Shown here piece by piece: positions 1 through 12,234 of a stretch of DNA of 44,915 nucleotides (position 1 is its first letter; each line of letters starts with the position of its first letter). The stretch is taken from assembly GCF_001194135.2 (NCBI RefSeq), contig NC_068984.1, forward strand, positions 45,821,584-45,866,498, read 5' to 3'. Origin of the DNA: Octopus bimaculoides (lineage: Eukaryota). The notes under the pieces were generated by a model that made no database searches, was not told the DNA's origin, and saw only the letters and a list, made by a program, of their open reading frames with translations. The position numbers and the translations under genes were made by a program.

Positions 1-29
1 TATATATATATATATATATATATATATGT

Positions 30-155
30 AGGCGTGGGTGTGTGGGAAAGAGCTTGCTTCCCAACCACTGCGTGGCTCCTTGCACAAGTGTCTTCTACTT
101 TAGATTCAGGCCGACCACAGCCTTGTAAGTGGATTTGGTAGATGGAATCTGTATA
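30..155 (+). mobile_element. SINE family 1 head and body lacking the B-box segment
   Basis: Starts right after (TA)n. tgcgtggctccttgcacaagtgtcttctact and gccttgtaagtggatttggtagatggaa match the reverse complement of 13861-13960. Confidence 0.72.
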
Positions 156-753
156 CGTTATTCTTTACTTGTGACATTTTGTAAATCTGCGGTAAAACAC
201 CAATTAAATGCAGTTTATTAATCACACACACACACACACGCACACACACACACTCACACACACATGCATATATGTATGTATTAATCTTATGGTATAGTAT
301 TTACATTACATTGAATGAATGCTCAATATAGTTGGTAGAGTACATATTAATTATTCTTTAACAAGAATTGTACCGACAGTGAAAGTGAAGTTTTGTTCAG
401 CTAACCCATAATCAGACTGCCTGATGATGGCTCAAATGGCCTAAACTTCGAAGTCATTATGAATACAATTCCTTCTAAGGAACAATATGTATTTACTTAA
501 AGAAATGTTATTGAGAAATGTCGATACATATTATTCACCTGATTGCTGTTTCCTTTTTTGCATCGTTTTATGTACGTGTAGTAGTACTATTTAACAAACG
601 CGTGCGCACGCAAACTTATATGCGTAGATGCACATAGTTGTAAGCAGTTATGTGGATAAAATGTTGCTAGCTACAATTTGATTTTCCATACCTGGAATAT
701 TTTGCGTTCTAAGTACATCTGAACGCATGGAAGAGACATTTCGGGGAAGCGAG

Positions 754-1090
<337 letters not shown>

Positions 1091-3043
1091 AAGGAGCTAA
1101 GTCAATTTTATGTTAAATATTCTCAGTACAGAAAATGTTTTCGGTAGACGGTCAGATAGAACTTATACTGACATCATGATGATTAATGATGACAATAATG
1201 ATGGTAATTATCGTCGACTTTGCCTTCGTCGTCATCATCATCTTGAATACTATCACCACTGAGAAATATTTCCTCTACCACCACCACCGCAGCAGCATCA
1301 CCAGCACAACATAAATTATTCGGTGACTATAAATCTCAAATCTTATGTGAGGAAGTAATCAATCCTTTCAAAATTCAGGGAACCTCATGCAGAATTTCGG
1401 CTTAGTCTCTACAGCAGCTAAATCACTCACAAAACATACCTTTACGGTCTTAAAAAAAAGGGCACTTTCTAGGGTCCTTTGAACATAGTAAGAGAGTTGG
1501 GATGCTTACGGATGGAGCGTTTAGGTTAGAGATCTGCTCTGGGCTTAAACGAACAACACCAATTGTTTCGAGACAACATTGCCACAGACACTGGTGGACT
1601 CTTTTTCAGTAAACCTAAGCAAGACACTTTCAAAGTAGGTCCTGAACTGAACATAAGAAAAAGGCAGGATGGTCAGAGCTGGAATGCTTTTGATCCTAGA
1701 CAATCTCGTTCGAGCTGACCTGGAGCTAAACAACAGAACAAGAACTGCAGTCACCTATCCCATAAACAACATGCTACAAGTTTTAAAAGTGGACACATTA
1801 AAATCTGTAGTTCTAAATACACTATATATTAAAAGTATGGACTTGTTATTCTCGGAACCCCTTTAATTATAGGTCTGTTCAATTATAGTTGTGTTCGAAT
1901 TAAAGAATTATAACGCACTGTGTGTTTTTGTTTGAACATAAATTTAATCAACTAATACCAATATTTATTTAATTAGAATGATTGTAAATTAACTGAAATT
2001 CAAATAATATAATTGCTAATTTGAAAATTCACAAAAAAATTTTTTTGTGAAATATAATCTAGAAAATAAAGAAGTTATTGCTGAATGTAATCGAAGCAAT
2101 TGACATGAAGAACAGTTTATGTAATAACTTATAAAATACTTAATCAAACATTAAAACCGACTGAATAGTGATTTCTACTGTGGGAACAAGTGGAATTTTT
2201 TTTCTCATTTAGTCAAAGGGTTAAACACTTTACAGAGCTTCCAAGACTCTTGGGAGGGAAAACTTATCTTCAGTCTGGAGCTCTGGCTAAAATACTTGGA
2301 ACTAAATGGACTCAGCTACAGGCACTCAAAGACACCAAATGATGATGTGTCAGGGAACGTATGAAATCTACGATCCGTATAGGTCATAGTAAGATTTGAG
2401 CTCAGAACGTAAAGACACGGGACATATACCATTAGACATCCGATTCCCTAACGATTCAGTCAAGTTGCAGAATCTAAAAAAGTCGGTTAGAATGCCTTAC
2501 AGTAATTGTACCAGCTCATTTGGTTTTTTGTTTCAAATCCCACCGATGTCAACTTTATTTTTCATACCTTCGGGCTTGATCAATAAACCACCCGTCAAGT
2601 ACTTGGTGTTTTCTCTCCCACCCTCACTTTCTATTTATGTCTTTCAGAAACAGAAAAACTGAAGGAACCTAGAAAGGAGCCTTACATCGCAATCCTACCC
2701 ATCTTTTCACTCTTACACTTCCTAAGAAAGAAATTTAGACATAAGATCAAACGTTTGGGACACGAAACAATCGATTAAATCAGCCTCAATAATTGGTTGC
2801 TATTTATTTTATCATTTAAGCTGCATAAAAGACAAGGATGACTTTACCAGTATTCGAACTCAGAGCATAAAATGACATTGCTGCAATGTATTTTCCTCCG
2901 ACGCTCATTTGTAATATGTTAAGATGAAGTATGTTAATCCGTTACCACTATTTGAATGATGTTATAAAGTTTAAGAAACAGGACGTGGAAGAGTAAGGTG
3001 TATATTTTAGTATATTTTAAGGACGTATATATATATATATATA

Positions 3044-3210
3044 TACATCCGAGTTTCGGATGCCGGGGTAGGAGCCCACGCCAACATCTCTTCAGTTATC
3101 CGGCCATTGAAAATTCGGAGTTTTATCATGGCTACCGAATAAGTGTCACATATTTTTACAGATAAATTCCTCTATTTACATAATATCGAGGTCTCTTTCT
3201 TTCTTTTGTT
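3044..3210 (-). mobile_element. Probable Penelope-like terminal-repeat fragment carrying a hammerhead core (3044-3095)
   Basis: Minus strand reads CTGAAGA-GATGTTGG-(14 nt)-CCGGCATC-C-GAAAC-TCGGAT-GTA. The core is intact and stem II has 8 bp (two G-U). Stem I is not formed because the 3' partner is a (TA)n run. The fragment lies between two TA-rich runs. The outer boundary is approximate. Confidence 0.5.
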
Positions 3211-3624
3211 GTCCTTCCTATCAATATATATATATATACACATACATATATATATACACACACAAAGGCAGTGTTTCCGACCTTTATTATACCTCGTGCC
3301 CCTCAAAAATATTTGATTAATTTCGCACTACTTTTGAAGAAAGAAAGCCAGTTTTATGATAACTAATATATACATTTGTCATACCCACTGAATTGTCATC
3401 CTGTATCTCCAGGAGGTGGAAGCAATGCAATCAGTAGATGTTTAGTAACTTTCCTTATGTGTGTACTCTTTCATAAAGATATATCACATACACACGTCTA
3501 ATGTTGGCTTCACAGCCATGTGGCTTGCAGTTAAGCAAAAGAAGTACTCAATACTGTTAGCTAAAGTGAAATAATATTTAGTCAAAACTGAATATGTAAG
3601 AACGTCTTTCAAAGATTTTCGATT

Positions 3625-3679
<55 letters not shown>

Positions 3680-3861
3680 TGATTTCTAACATAGGCAGAA
3701 GCCCACATATATCTTTTAGAGGTAAGGGTTTCTATTAAATCGTTTCCAGCACTTAACTGGTCCCTAATTTTACGAATTTGAACTCGGAATGTAGAATAGT
3801 GGCTAATCCCGCTTTAATGATTCTGTCAATCTAGTATCGAATATATGTCTGTAATATTGAT

Positions 3862-4070
3862 TTCAAATTTTGACACACGGCCAGCAGTTTCGAGGGAGGA
3901 TGCTAGTCGATTACATCGACTCCACTGTTCAACTGGTACTTATTTTATCGACACCGGAAAGATCAAAAGCAAACTCGTCTTCGGAGGAATCTTAACTCAG
4001 AACATAAAGACGAACAAAATGCCGCTCAGCATTTCGCCTGGCGTGCTGACGATTCTGCTAGGTTACCGCT
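3862..4070 (-). mobile_element. Diverged SINE family 2 copy
   Basis: Contains gtcgattacatcgactcc, aactggtacttattttatcgac, aactcagaac and gcatttcgcctggcgtgctgacgattctgc, colinear with 22560-22990. Confidence 0.75.
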
Positions 4071-4889
4071 TTATATATGCCTGTAATATTTATCCGCTAA
4101 AGCGTGCGATTCTGTTGTGTGACATCTTAGGTTACTTTTACTACAACCTGACATTGAGAAAATCATTGTGAGTGAAATTGGGTAGATGGACCTTGCAAGT
4201 CCAAATCAATCCAGTTGTTTCGTACACAGTGTCGCACTTATTCTACCTGAGGATCTATAATTTAAACCAATCAGAATTCATTCACTGTTATTTTCTTTAA
4301 AGATTATTTCATGCATAAACCTCTCTGTCCAAAGACACGCATGCACGAGCACGCAAGCACACACGCACGCACACACACACACACAAACAAAAAACAGAAA
4401 AGTCATTATCCTCTATCTTTTCTGCAATTTTCAGAAATTTAAAAACATGATCTGGGTATGTTTATTCACATCAATTTGTGCAGGCAGCCTGTTTTTCTTG
4501 ACCAGCGAACAGCTTGACGAAGAACTGCTCCGGTGACTTCCTGCAAGTGACGTATCTGATTTGATGAAATTTCAGTGTCTTCTCATTAAAATTTTGCTTT
4601 GAAATTATATCATTCGCGTTTCATCCTTCTCGAATAGTTTATCCGATGTTGCGGTTTAACGCTAAATGAACTCAAAATGAGCAACATGTGACCAAAGGTC
4701 TTCCAGTTGTGATCCTTCTGTTTTTAATTCTGGAAGTAAACTTAGGACTATGTTATCTTAGGACTATGAACTCCTTCAAATTTTTTTAAAGATGAGTAAG
4801 TTATGATTTAAGGAACATTTAGCTGTTATTTCTAGAAAACTAAACGAGCATATTGAGGACTCTTTTTATGCAGTAAAAATATCATTCAC

Positions 4890-5690
4890 TTTATATTTTA
4901 AGAATGAATGTTATACTTTTTCGAACAACCCGTTTTCATTAGGAAATTGAACACCGAACAATTAAGTGTTAATCTATTTTGTGTTTATCTAATAATATTA
5001 GTAATATTCTATTCCTATTACATGCACTTCGACCTTTCGAATTTTGTCAGCACAATTTCGAAATTAAAAATATATTGAATTACGTTCGTGTAGTTATAGA
5101 AATCAGATGGGTGGAGTGTTCAATTCGAAATTAAAGTGTTTGTTTGTTCGTATATGCCATGTAGTCATAGTAACAGAAATCACATAAGTTTCAGAGGTAA
5201 ATAAACATTTAAAGAATACCTATTTTGTTGTTGTTTTTTTTGCCCAAAAGGCATGACATTTCATCATTATGTCGGTTGATTTCCATTGCAACAAACGTTT
5301 TGCCATTTCTATTTAGCCCGTTGGAGAACTCTGTGGTTCATGTTTCCCACAAGCTATTTACTTGCTTTTGTAAACATGGCTACCAACATCTTCGCACGTC
5401 ATAACATTGTTGTGACTACATTGTGGATGCGAATACACAAATGCTTTAATTTTGAATTGTACTTTCAAACTATCTGATGTCTATAACTACACGAATATAA
5501 GTTTAATAAACTATAAGTTTAATAAAAATTTGAATTCGCACAGACAAAAATCGAAAGGTCGAAATGCGTATGCTACTGGAATATTTTTAATATTATTAAA
5601 CGTAATTTTTTTTGTCTTAAAGTTTCATAAGAAGAAAAGAAATAGTTCGAAAAAATATCTTCATTAAAAGAATAAAAATATTTAACTCAT
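4890..5690. mobile_element. Older fold-back (MITE-like) element with long diverged inverted arms
   Basis: 5024-5048 vs the reverse complement of 5543-5567 match 23/25. 5085-5108 vs the reverse complement of 5472-5495 match 23/24. Weaker similarity extends outward and inward. The boundaries are approximate. Confidence 0.7.
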
Positions 5691-6676
5691 ATAGATGTAT
5701 AGAATCAAGAAAATGTTTCAACTTCAGCATGAAACAAGGTTAAGTGCGAGGGCTTTCGCTGCAATATTCACCTTAGACGCAGGAAGGTTTTCCACATGAC
5801 TAAACTGAAAATAGCGAAACGACTGCAAAAATGAAAGTCTACATAAATAAATCGTATATAAATCGCATTAAAGCTTATTTCGTTTATTATTACCGATATG
5901 GGCTTTAGCTTTATTGATTTATGAGATTTGAGGAATAGAGGTAGATTCTGTTTGAGATGTGGTTTAACTTTAAATTAACCACAATGGAATAAACTTATTT
6001 ATATATACAGTAAAGCACTTGAAGGTAACAATAACATCCTCTTCTTTTAGATGTAGGGCATCTTGAATTACATTATTCAATTTGAATTTTCCTGTTTAAA
6101 AATTCTGTAGGATGAGATTTGAGAAAGATTTGGCTGTCATTTCTAGCAGGTCGAACGACCATGTAGAGGTACTTTTATTCGAGAGAAATTGGGTGGAAAT
6201 GACTAAGACACTGGCATAACGACTGTTTAATTTTTTCCTTTCCATCTGCCATATTACATTCAAATTTCACTATGAACTAATTCAAGTCTCTTCATTCAGA
6301 ATGGTGGGTTTGAAACTATGGCGACGGATAATCAATTTCATGAAATACTTAGTCATCTACAAGAGAATTTCATATTAATAGATCCGGTAAAAACAAAACA
6401 AGGCAAAACAAAAAAAGAACTATGATTCACTGGTATAGAGAAGCTTCAGATGGAGACTAACTTCTAGGAATCGCCAATGATAGCCACACCATTTCATATT
6501 ATATTGGTCTTCTACTATTTCATCTGTTGAATCATTGTTAAATTTTATTCCCTCAGTCCATGTTCGCATGCCGATTAATAATATTAGTAGTGATAACAAA
6601 CTGGGCGGTATAAATCTCTGTCCCTTAGGAAGAAGAAATGGTTCCTAGGCAAGTATAAGAAGAAATCTGTACTTAC

Positions 6677-6767
6677 CACATAAAACAAGGCTAGTCGCAT
6701 GACATCTTCATACCCTTCTATGGTTGCCAAGACACTCATTACTAGGCACGAGAAGACTGTGAAAAAC
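6677..6767 (-). CDS. KCNQ: Internal coding exon of a KCNQ (Kv7) voltage-gated K+ channel: S1 helix and S1-S2 linker
   Basis: Minus strand reads ccttctcttcgtattatatAG | g ttt ttc aca gtc ttc tcg tgc cta gta atg agt gtc ttg gca acc ata gaa ggg tat gaa gat gtc atg cga cta gcc ttg ttt tat gtg | GTAAGTacag. The exon is 91 nt, with a phase-2 start and phase-0 end, and translates to (x)FFTVFSCLVMSVLATIEGYEDVMRLALFYV. It aligns without gaps to recalled human KCNQ1 [30 protein letters not shown] and KCNQ2 [30 protein letters not shown]. The paralogue cannot be assigned from one exon. Confidence 0.9.
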
Positions 6768-8446
6768 CTATATAATACGAAGAGAAGGATGATAAGTTAG
6801 CGACAGGATCGAAATAGGAAGACAATTTTCTGTAAGCTAATAAAAAAGGAAAAGCAACAACAACAATAATATGTAGAAATTTTTTTTTTTTAATGCAAAA
6901 ACAAACAGGCTCTTTTGTATTCATCGTATCGTAATGTGTTGAAATATGATCTAAGCTTGTACGAAATTCTAATCAGAACGTTTGACAGATAAAGATAAAA
7001 AACGAAAGAAAAAGAAGTCTTGACTACATATGATGATTTATATAATGATTTAGGCATAAGTAATGTTAGCCTTATGGCTACATACTTATGCAGGAAAGAA
7101 AATAAATGAGCTAATATTCTTGCATTTCTCGGAATTATAAGCGACATAAATGAAGTGAACTCCAAGAGGTAGTGAATAGTCATGAATTGATTTGAAAATT
7201 CTTTAATGTCTTACAGTCTGAAATATCCTAGGCTACAGACATTTGGAAAAGCAGCTATTTTGATAATCTATAGGGGATAGAAGATAAACTATTCTTTTGG
7301 TATGTGTGTTGAATATTTCAGACAGGTTTATTGCTTTTTATGCAGTTTTATGACATCCAAGTCAGACATGTTCAGTATTCGAAGTAAATTATAGACACGC
7401 TAATACAGACACATACAGACACACAAACGCAAAGAAACGCATACACACTCATATACACACATACGAGTTACATAGAAAAGTATATGGACGACAATATGTT
7501 GTCATTTCGTTATCATTACTACTGTGATTTAAACCTTGATGGATTTAGAACAGAAAAAAAAACTGTGGACATGTAGGTAATCTGTAGAGTTCAGGATAAA
7601 TCATATCTCAAGCAAATGGAGGTATATACTGTGCACTCTACAATGCCATGGTTTATCACATGAGCACCATGTGAATGATTGGGATATAATGATTTTCACT
7701 GTCATGCAGTTTGCTTTAGTATACTTGTATGTTCAGAGAAGAGAAAGACAAAATAGATTTGCTAGGAACTTGATAGTAGTTACTAAGTGCTTTATCATCC
7801 AAGCAAGAATTTCATTTTATCTTAATCTCTGTCCTCTTCTCTATCTTTCCCTCATTATCGTTTCTTGCGTCACTCTTACTTTCCCACTATTTCAACATTC
7901 CCTCCAAATACACTGCATTTTTCTGCCAGTTTTTTACATCGTTTTTCGACATTTTATTCTCCCAACCGCAGAAAAATAATTTCATAACTTTTTAGTCATT
8001 GTTGTTTAATCTCAAGAAATCCTGGATAAATAGACTTATGATCAAACGCATTCCAGCCATGACTATACGGTCTGTGTTTTCACTACAATATCCAATACTT
8101 CATCACTGCTATAGAAAGGCGATTTGGCAGTCGATTTGGCTGTTAATTCTGTCGGATGTAACTACCACGTAGCATCTACTACTACATAACGTCTCTCGAT
8201 CTGTCCAAATTACTTAACCATACAGCAATGCCTGAACAAAATGTATGTTATATGATACTTATGCATTTCACAAAAGATCAACATGAGTCGAAGTGTAATA
8301 ACTATTAATCTTGAGCAGAGTAAACCTAAGCACAAGCCAGAAATTTTGAAGGGAGTGGGTTGAATGAGGATTACGAGTGAAGTCGAACTTAGAAAGTAAG
8401 GATCCGGAGAAAGTACTGTCTGATGCCCTAACAAAGCTTCAAGACT

Positions 8447-8452
8447 AATAAT

Positions 8453-8497
<45 letters not shown>

Positions 8498-8538
8498 AAT
8501 AATAATAATGATAATCATAATAATAGTAATAATCATAA
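8447..8538 (+). repeat. Compound (AAT)n/(AAC)n microsatellite
   Basis: Directly visible; it abuts the R4/Dong-like relic. Confidence 0.95.
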
Positions 8539-8920
8539 TGCAAACGATGCTTGATCACAGATATAGCACGCCCAGCTGACAGCATTGTATGCGATAAGGA
8601 AAAAAGAAAAGTCGATAGATATGACAGGTTAGCTTGGGAGGTTAAGCAGTTGTGGTCGATGAGAAAGGTGGTAGCAGTTGTACCAATAACTGTCGGAGCC
8701 CTGGGAACAACGAGTAAACTTCTTCAGAAGTACATGGAGCAAATAGGGGCTGCCATGAGGGTTGAGCGCTTGCAGAAGGTAGCACTGTTTGGAACCGCTC
8801 GAATAGTCCGGATGGTGCTCGAAAAATAAGAGGTGTTAGCTTAGTTCACTGTTAGTGAAAACTAGCATCGTAGTATATCCCTAGCGTTAGAAGCTGTGCA
8901 AAGACAATGAATAAAAAAGT
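8539..8920 (+). mobile_element. 5'-truncated R4/Dong-like non-LTR retrotransposon: RLE endonuclease C-terminus plus 3' UTR
   Basis: Frame 8542-8829 reads KRCLITDIARPADSIVCDKEKRKVDRYDRLAWEVKQLWSMRKVVAVVPITVGALGT...LQKVALFGTARIVRMVLEK*. It matches the D-I-A-x-P, EKxxKY, VPIxVGALG and LQKxALxGTARI motifs of restriction-like endonuclease retrotransposons. It is flanked by (AAT/AAC)n on the left and taataatagtgatgatgatga on the right. Confidence 0.85.
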
Positions 8921-9042
8921 AATAATAGTGATGATGATGATTTCTTATTCTGGCACTAAGCCAGCACTTGAATATCTTATGAAAAAAACAAAAACAAAAC
9001 GTAAGAGAAATTGAAAACTAGCATGACTTCATAATGATAGCA

Positions 9043-9086
<44 letters not shown>

Positions 9087-9422
9087 CATGCATATATATA
9101 TATANNNNNNNNNNNNNNNNNNNNNNNNNNNNNNNNNNNNNNNNNNNNNNNNNNNNNNNNNNNNNNNNNNNNNNNNNNNNNNNNNNNNNNNNNNNNNNNN
9201 NNNNNNNNNNNNNNNNNNNNNNNNNNNNNNNNNNNNNNNNNNNNNNNNNNNNNNNNNNNNNNNNNNNNNNNNNNNNNNNNNNNNNNNNNNNNNNNNNNNN
9301 NNNNNNNNNNNNNNNNNNNNNNNNNNNNNNNNNNNNNNNNNNNNNNNNNNNNNNNNNNNNNNNNNNNNNNNNNNNNNNNNNNNNNNNNNNNNNNNNNNNN
9401 NNNNNNNNNNNNNNNNNNNNNN

Positions 9423-9510
9423 GGCTTACAAGAATAAGTCCTGGGTTCAACTAAAGGCGGTGCTCCAGCATGGCCCCAGTCAAACTGACTAAAACAAATA
9501 AAAGGATATA
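9423..9510 (+). mobile_element. 3' end of the SINE family 1 domain emerging from an N gap
   Basis: ggcttacaagaataagtcctggg...aaaggcggtgctccagcatggcc...agtcaaactgactaaaaca is the reverse complement of the 23565-23680 type sequence. Confidence 0.7.
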
Positions 9511-9511
9511 A

Positions 9512-9552
<41 letters not shown>

Positions 9553-10068
9553 CGTGTGTGTGGGTTCTTGTCTGTGTATATATATATATATATATATATG
9601 TCGATACGTGTCGCGTACAGGTATGTGTATATGCATGCAGGCGTGTATGTATGTATGTATCTATCTATCTATTTATATAAGTGCGTGGGTGCCTGCGCGT
9701 ATTTATGTATCTAGTGATGATTGCATATATCAATATACAGGTTAAATGTTTCGAATAATGTTCAATAGTTTATACGCACCATTTGCAAAATCAAGATAAA
9801 ATAGCTACGAACACCATGACGACTGCTACCTTCAATGAAACAGCAACAGCAGAACATCATCATCATCACCAGCAGCACGAACCCGTGTTTGACCATCATT
9901 TTCTCTAGGGATTTTCTCCCGCTTCCAGTATATGTATTCGTTACATCGTATTTTGTGTGATAAGGATAGTATACCGGAGAAATGTGAAACAATGTCTCCA
10001 ATCTGTATACTAAACAATACTAGTATGTTCAGTATGATTTCCATAGTATAGCAATATTTGTGTTGTCC

Positions 10069-10468
10069 TTTCGTCTGTCTTTACGTTCTGAGTTCAAATT
10101 CCGCCGAAGTCAACTTTGCCTTTCATCCTTTCGGGGTCGATAAATTAACTACCAGTTGCGTACTGGAGTCGATCTAGTCGAACGGCCCCCTTCCCCAAAA
10201 CTTCGGTCCTTGTGCCTAGATTAGATAAAAATATTAATACTGTCTTCAAGGCGGTGAGCTGGCAGAAACGTAGGCACGCCGGGCGAAATGCTTAGCGGTA
10301 TTTCGTCTGTCTATACGTTCTGAGTTCAAATTCCGCTGAGGTCGACTTTGCCTTTCATCTTTTCGGAGTCAATAAATTAACTACCAGCTGCGTACTGACG
10401 TCGATCTAATCGACTAGTCCCCTCCTCAAAAATTCCGGGCCTTGTGCCTAGAGTAGGAAGGAATATTA
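10069..10468 (+). mobile_element. Two tandem copies of SINE family 2 (10069-10235 is 5'-truncated; 10249-10468 is full length)
   Basis: The second copy starts AAGGCGGTGAGCTGGCAGAAACG and has the B box GAGTTCAAATTCC and the same central domain as 22560-22990. AATA(C/T)TGTCT occurs at 10236-10245 and 10468-10477. Confidence 0.85.
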
Positions 10469-10947
10469 ATATTGTCTATAACACCACCGGATGTCGATCT
10501 GTAATTCATAAGGTTACAGTATATTTCATCAGCGAAGTTACTTAAATTTTCTAGGTAGGTAAGGTAGTTTATCCCTGATCGCTCCTGCGTGTTGTTATCG
10601 ATAAGATGAAGCTACACCTTTTAGCTCGCGACAAAACATGATTGTTAAAGAGCTTCAATGTCTAGGATATAAATGTTTTAAAGTAAATTGCGTAGATGTA
10701 GTGCCAACGGTATCTGATAACCACTGCATTATGGGTTGAAGCAATATCAAAGTTTGTAGGCGCAATGAGTGAAGTGAAGTAGACAGTATCTCGGCGGATT
10801 AATTCTAGGTGTCATGCTGATTTTACCCCAGAATTTCTTTCAGAGGATACCTGCCTATTGAATACATAACCTTTTATATATTAATTCAATGAGCAGGTAA
10901 TTGATGTGACCGAACAACTGAATTTTCATTGCCGAAACCGACAAGGA

Positions 10948-11231
10948 GCTATCTATCCGTCCATCCGTCTGTCTGTCTGTCTATCTATCTGTTTGTCTAT
11001 CTATTTGTCTGTCTATTTGTCTGTCTGTCTGTCTATTTGTCTGTCTGTCTGTCTGTCTATTTGTCTGTCTGTCTGTCTGTCTGTCTATTTGTCTGTCTAT
11101 TTGTCTGTCTGTCTGTCTATTTCTCTGTCTGTCTGTCTATTTGTCTGTCTGTCTGTCTGCCTATCTTTTTGTCAGTCTATTTGTCTGTCTATCTATTTGC
11201 CTGTTTATCTATTTGTCTGTTTATCTATTTG

Positions 11232-11300
<69 letters not shown>
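10948..11300 (+). repeat. Compound (TCTG)n/(TCTA)n tetranucleotide array
   Basis: Degenerate TCTG/TTTG/TCTA units grade into pure (TCTA)n. Confidence 0.95.
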
Positions 11301-11301
<1 letters not shown>

Positions 11302-11972
11302 ATAACACTGCATGCGAAATAATTTGATTAAATATTCAGTTTTCTTCCAGGTCATCCTTCAGGCTTTCCTCAAGTCAGATCCCACAGCTACTTTAAAAAA
11401 AATCCAATTTCCCATTCTATTTATTTAACACTATCAACGATATTTGTAAATAATTTATTTACTTCCAACTAGGGCAACAGAAAAAAAAAAAGCGCAAATT
11501 TTCAACATTACTTTTTCATCCACAAAACAAATACAGATATAAGTAAAAGAAGCAAGAAATAAAACTGCAATCATTTACTATTTGTACCATAATAGATCCG
11601 GCTCTGGGGGAATAATAAGCAATATCAATAAATAAATAAACAAATAAATAAAATGAGAACGGAATAGTACATCAATTGCTTTCCTAACCATGTACTTATA
11701 TTGTTTAATAGTTAACTCGCGTCTGAGTTTTTGAGGTGAGGGCACAAACTTCAACATAAAACAATACAGCAGTATTGTCAGCAAATAATGTGTGGTCGTA
11801 GTCTTCTGATACGCATATGCTTCCAAATACCTTTGCACAAGCATACATAGGAACAAAATCGTGCACATACGCATGAGCTAACAACTATATTTATAATCAA
11901 ACGCGCATGGTTGCGTACAGACATCTCGACATCTGTTGCTTACATATTAAATGCGAATTGTAGATCTGTTAT

Positions 11973-12019
<47 letters not shown>

Positions 12020-12090
12020 ACACACACGCAACACACACACACATCAAATACACGGGAACTGATATAAGTATGCAGAGCATACGTATGTAA

Positions 12091-12153
<63 letters not shown>

Positions 12154-12202
12154 CAAATACAAAACAAAACTGTCATCATATATTTCTCACTCCCCACACC
12201 AT

Positions 12203-12234
<32 letters not shown>

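Noticed and set aside
2220-2370. Short open frames with coding-like composition (also ~4470-4590 and ~30370-30480)
   Set aside because: I recognised no motif, no KCNQ similarity and no convincing splice-site pair.
8356-8369. 14-bp reverse-complement match to the 33-bp repeat at 41062 and 44398
   Set aside because: It is too short and lies in degenerate SINE-like sequence, so it could be chance.
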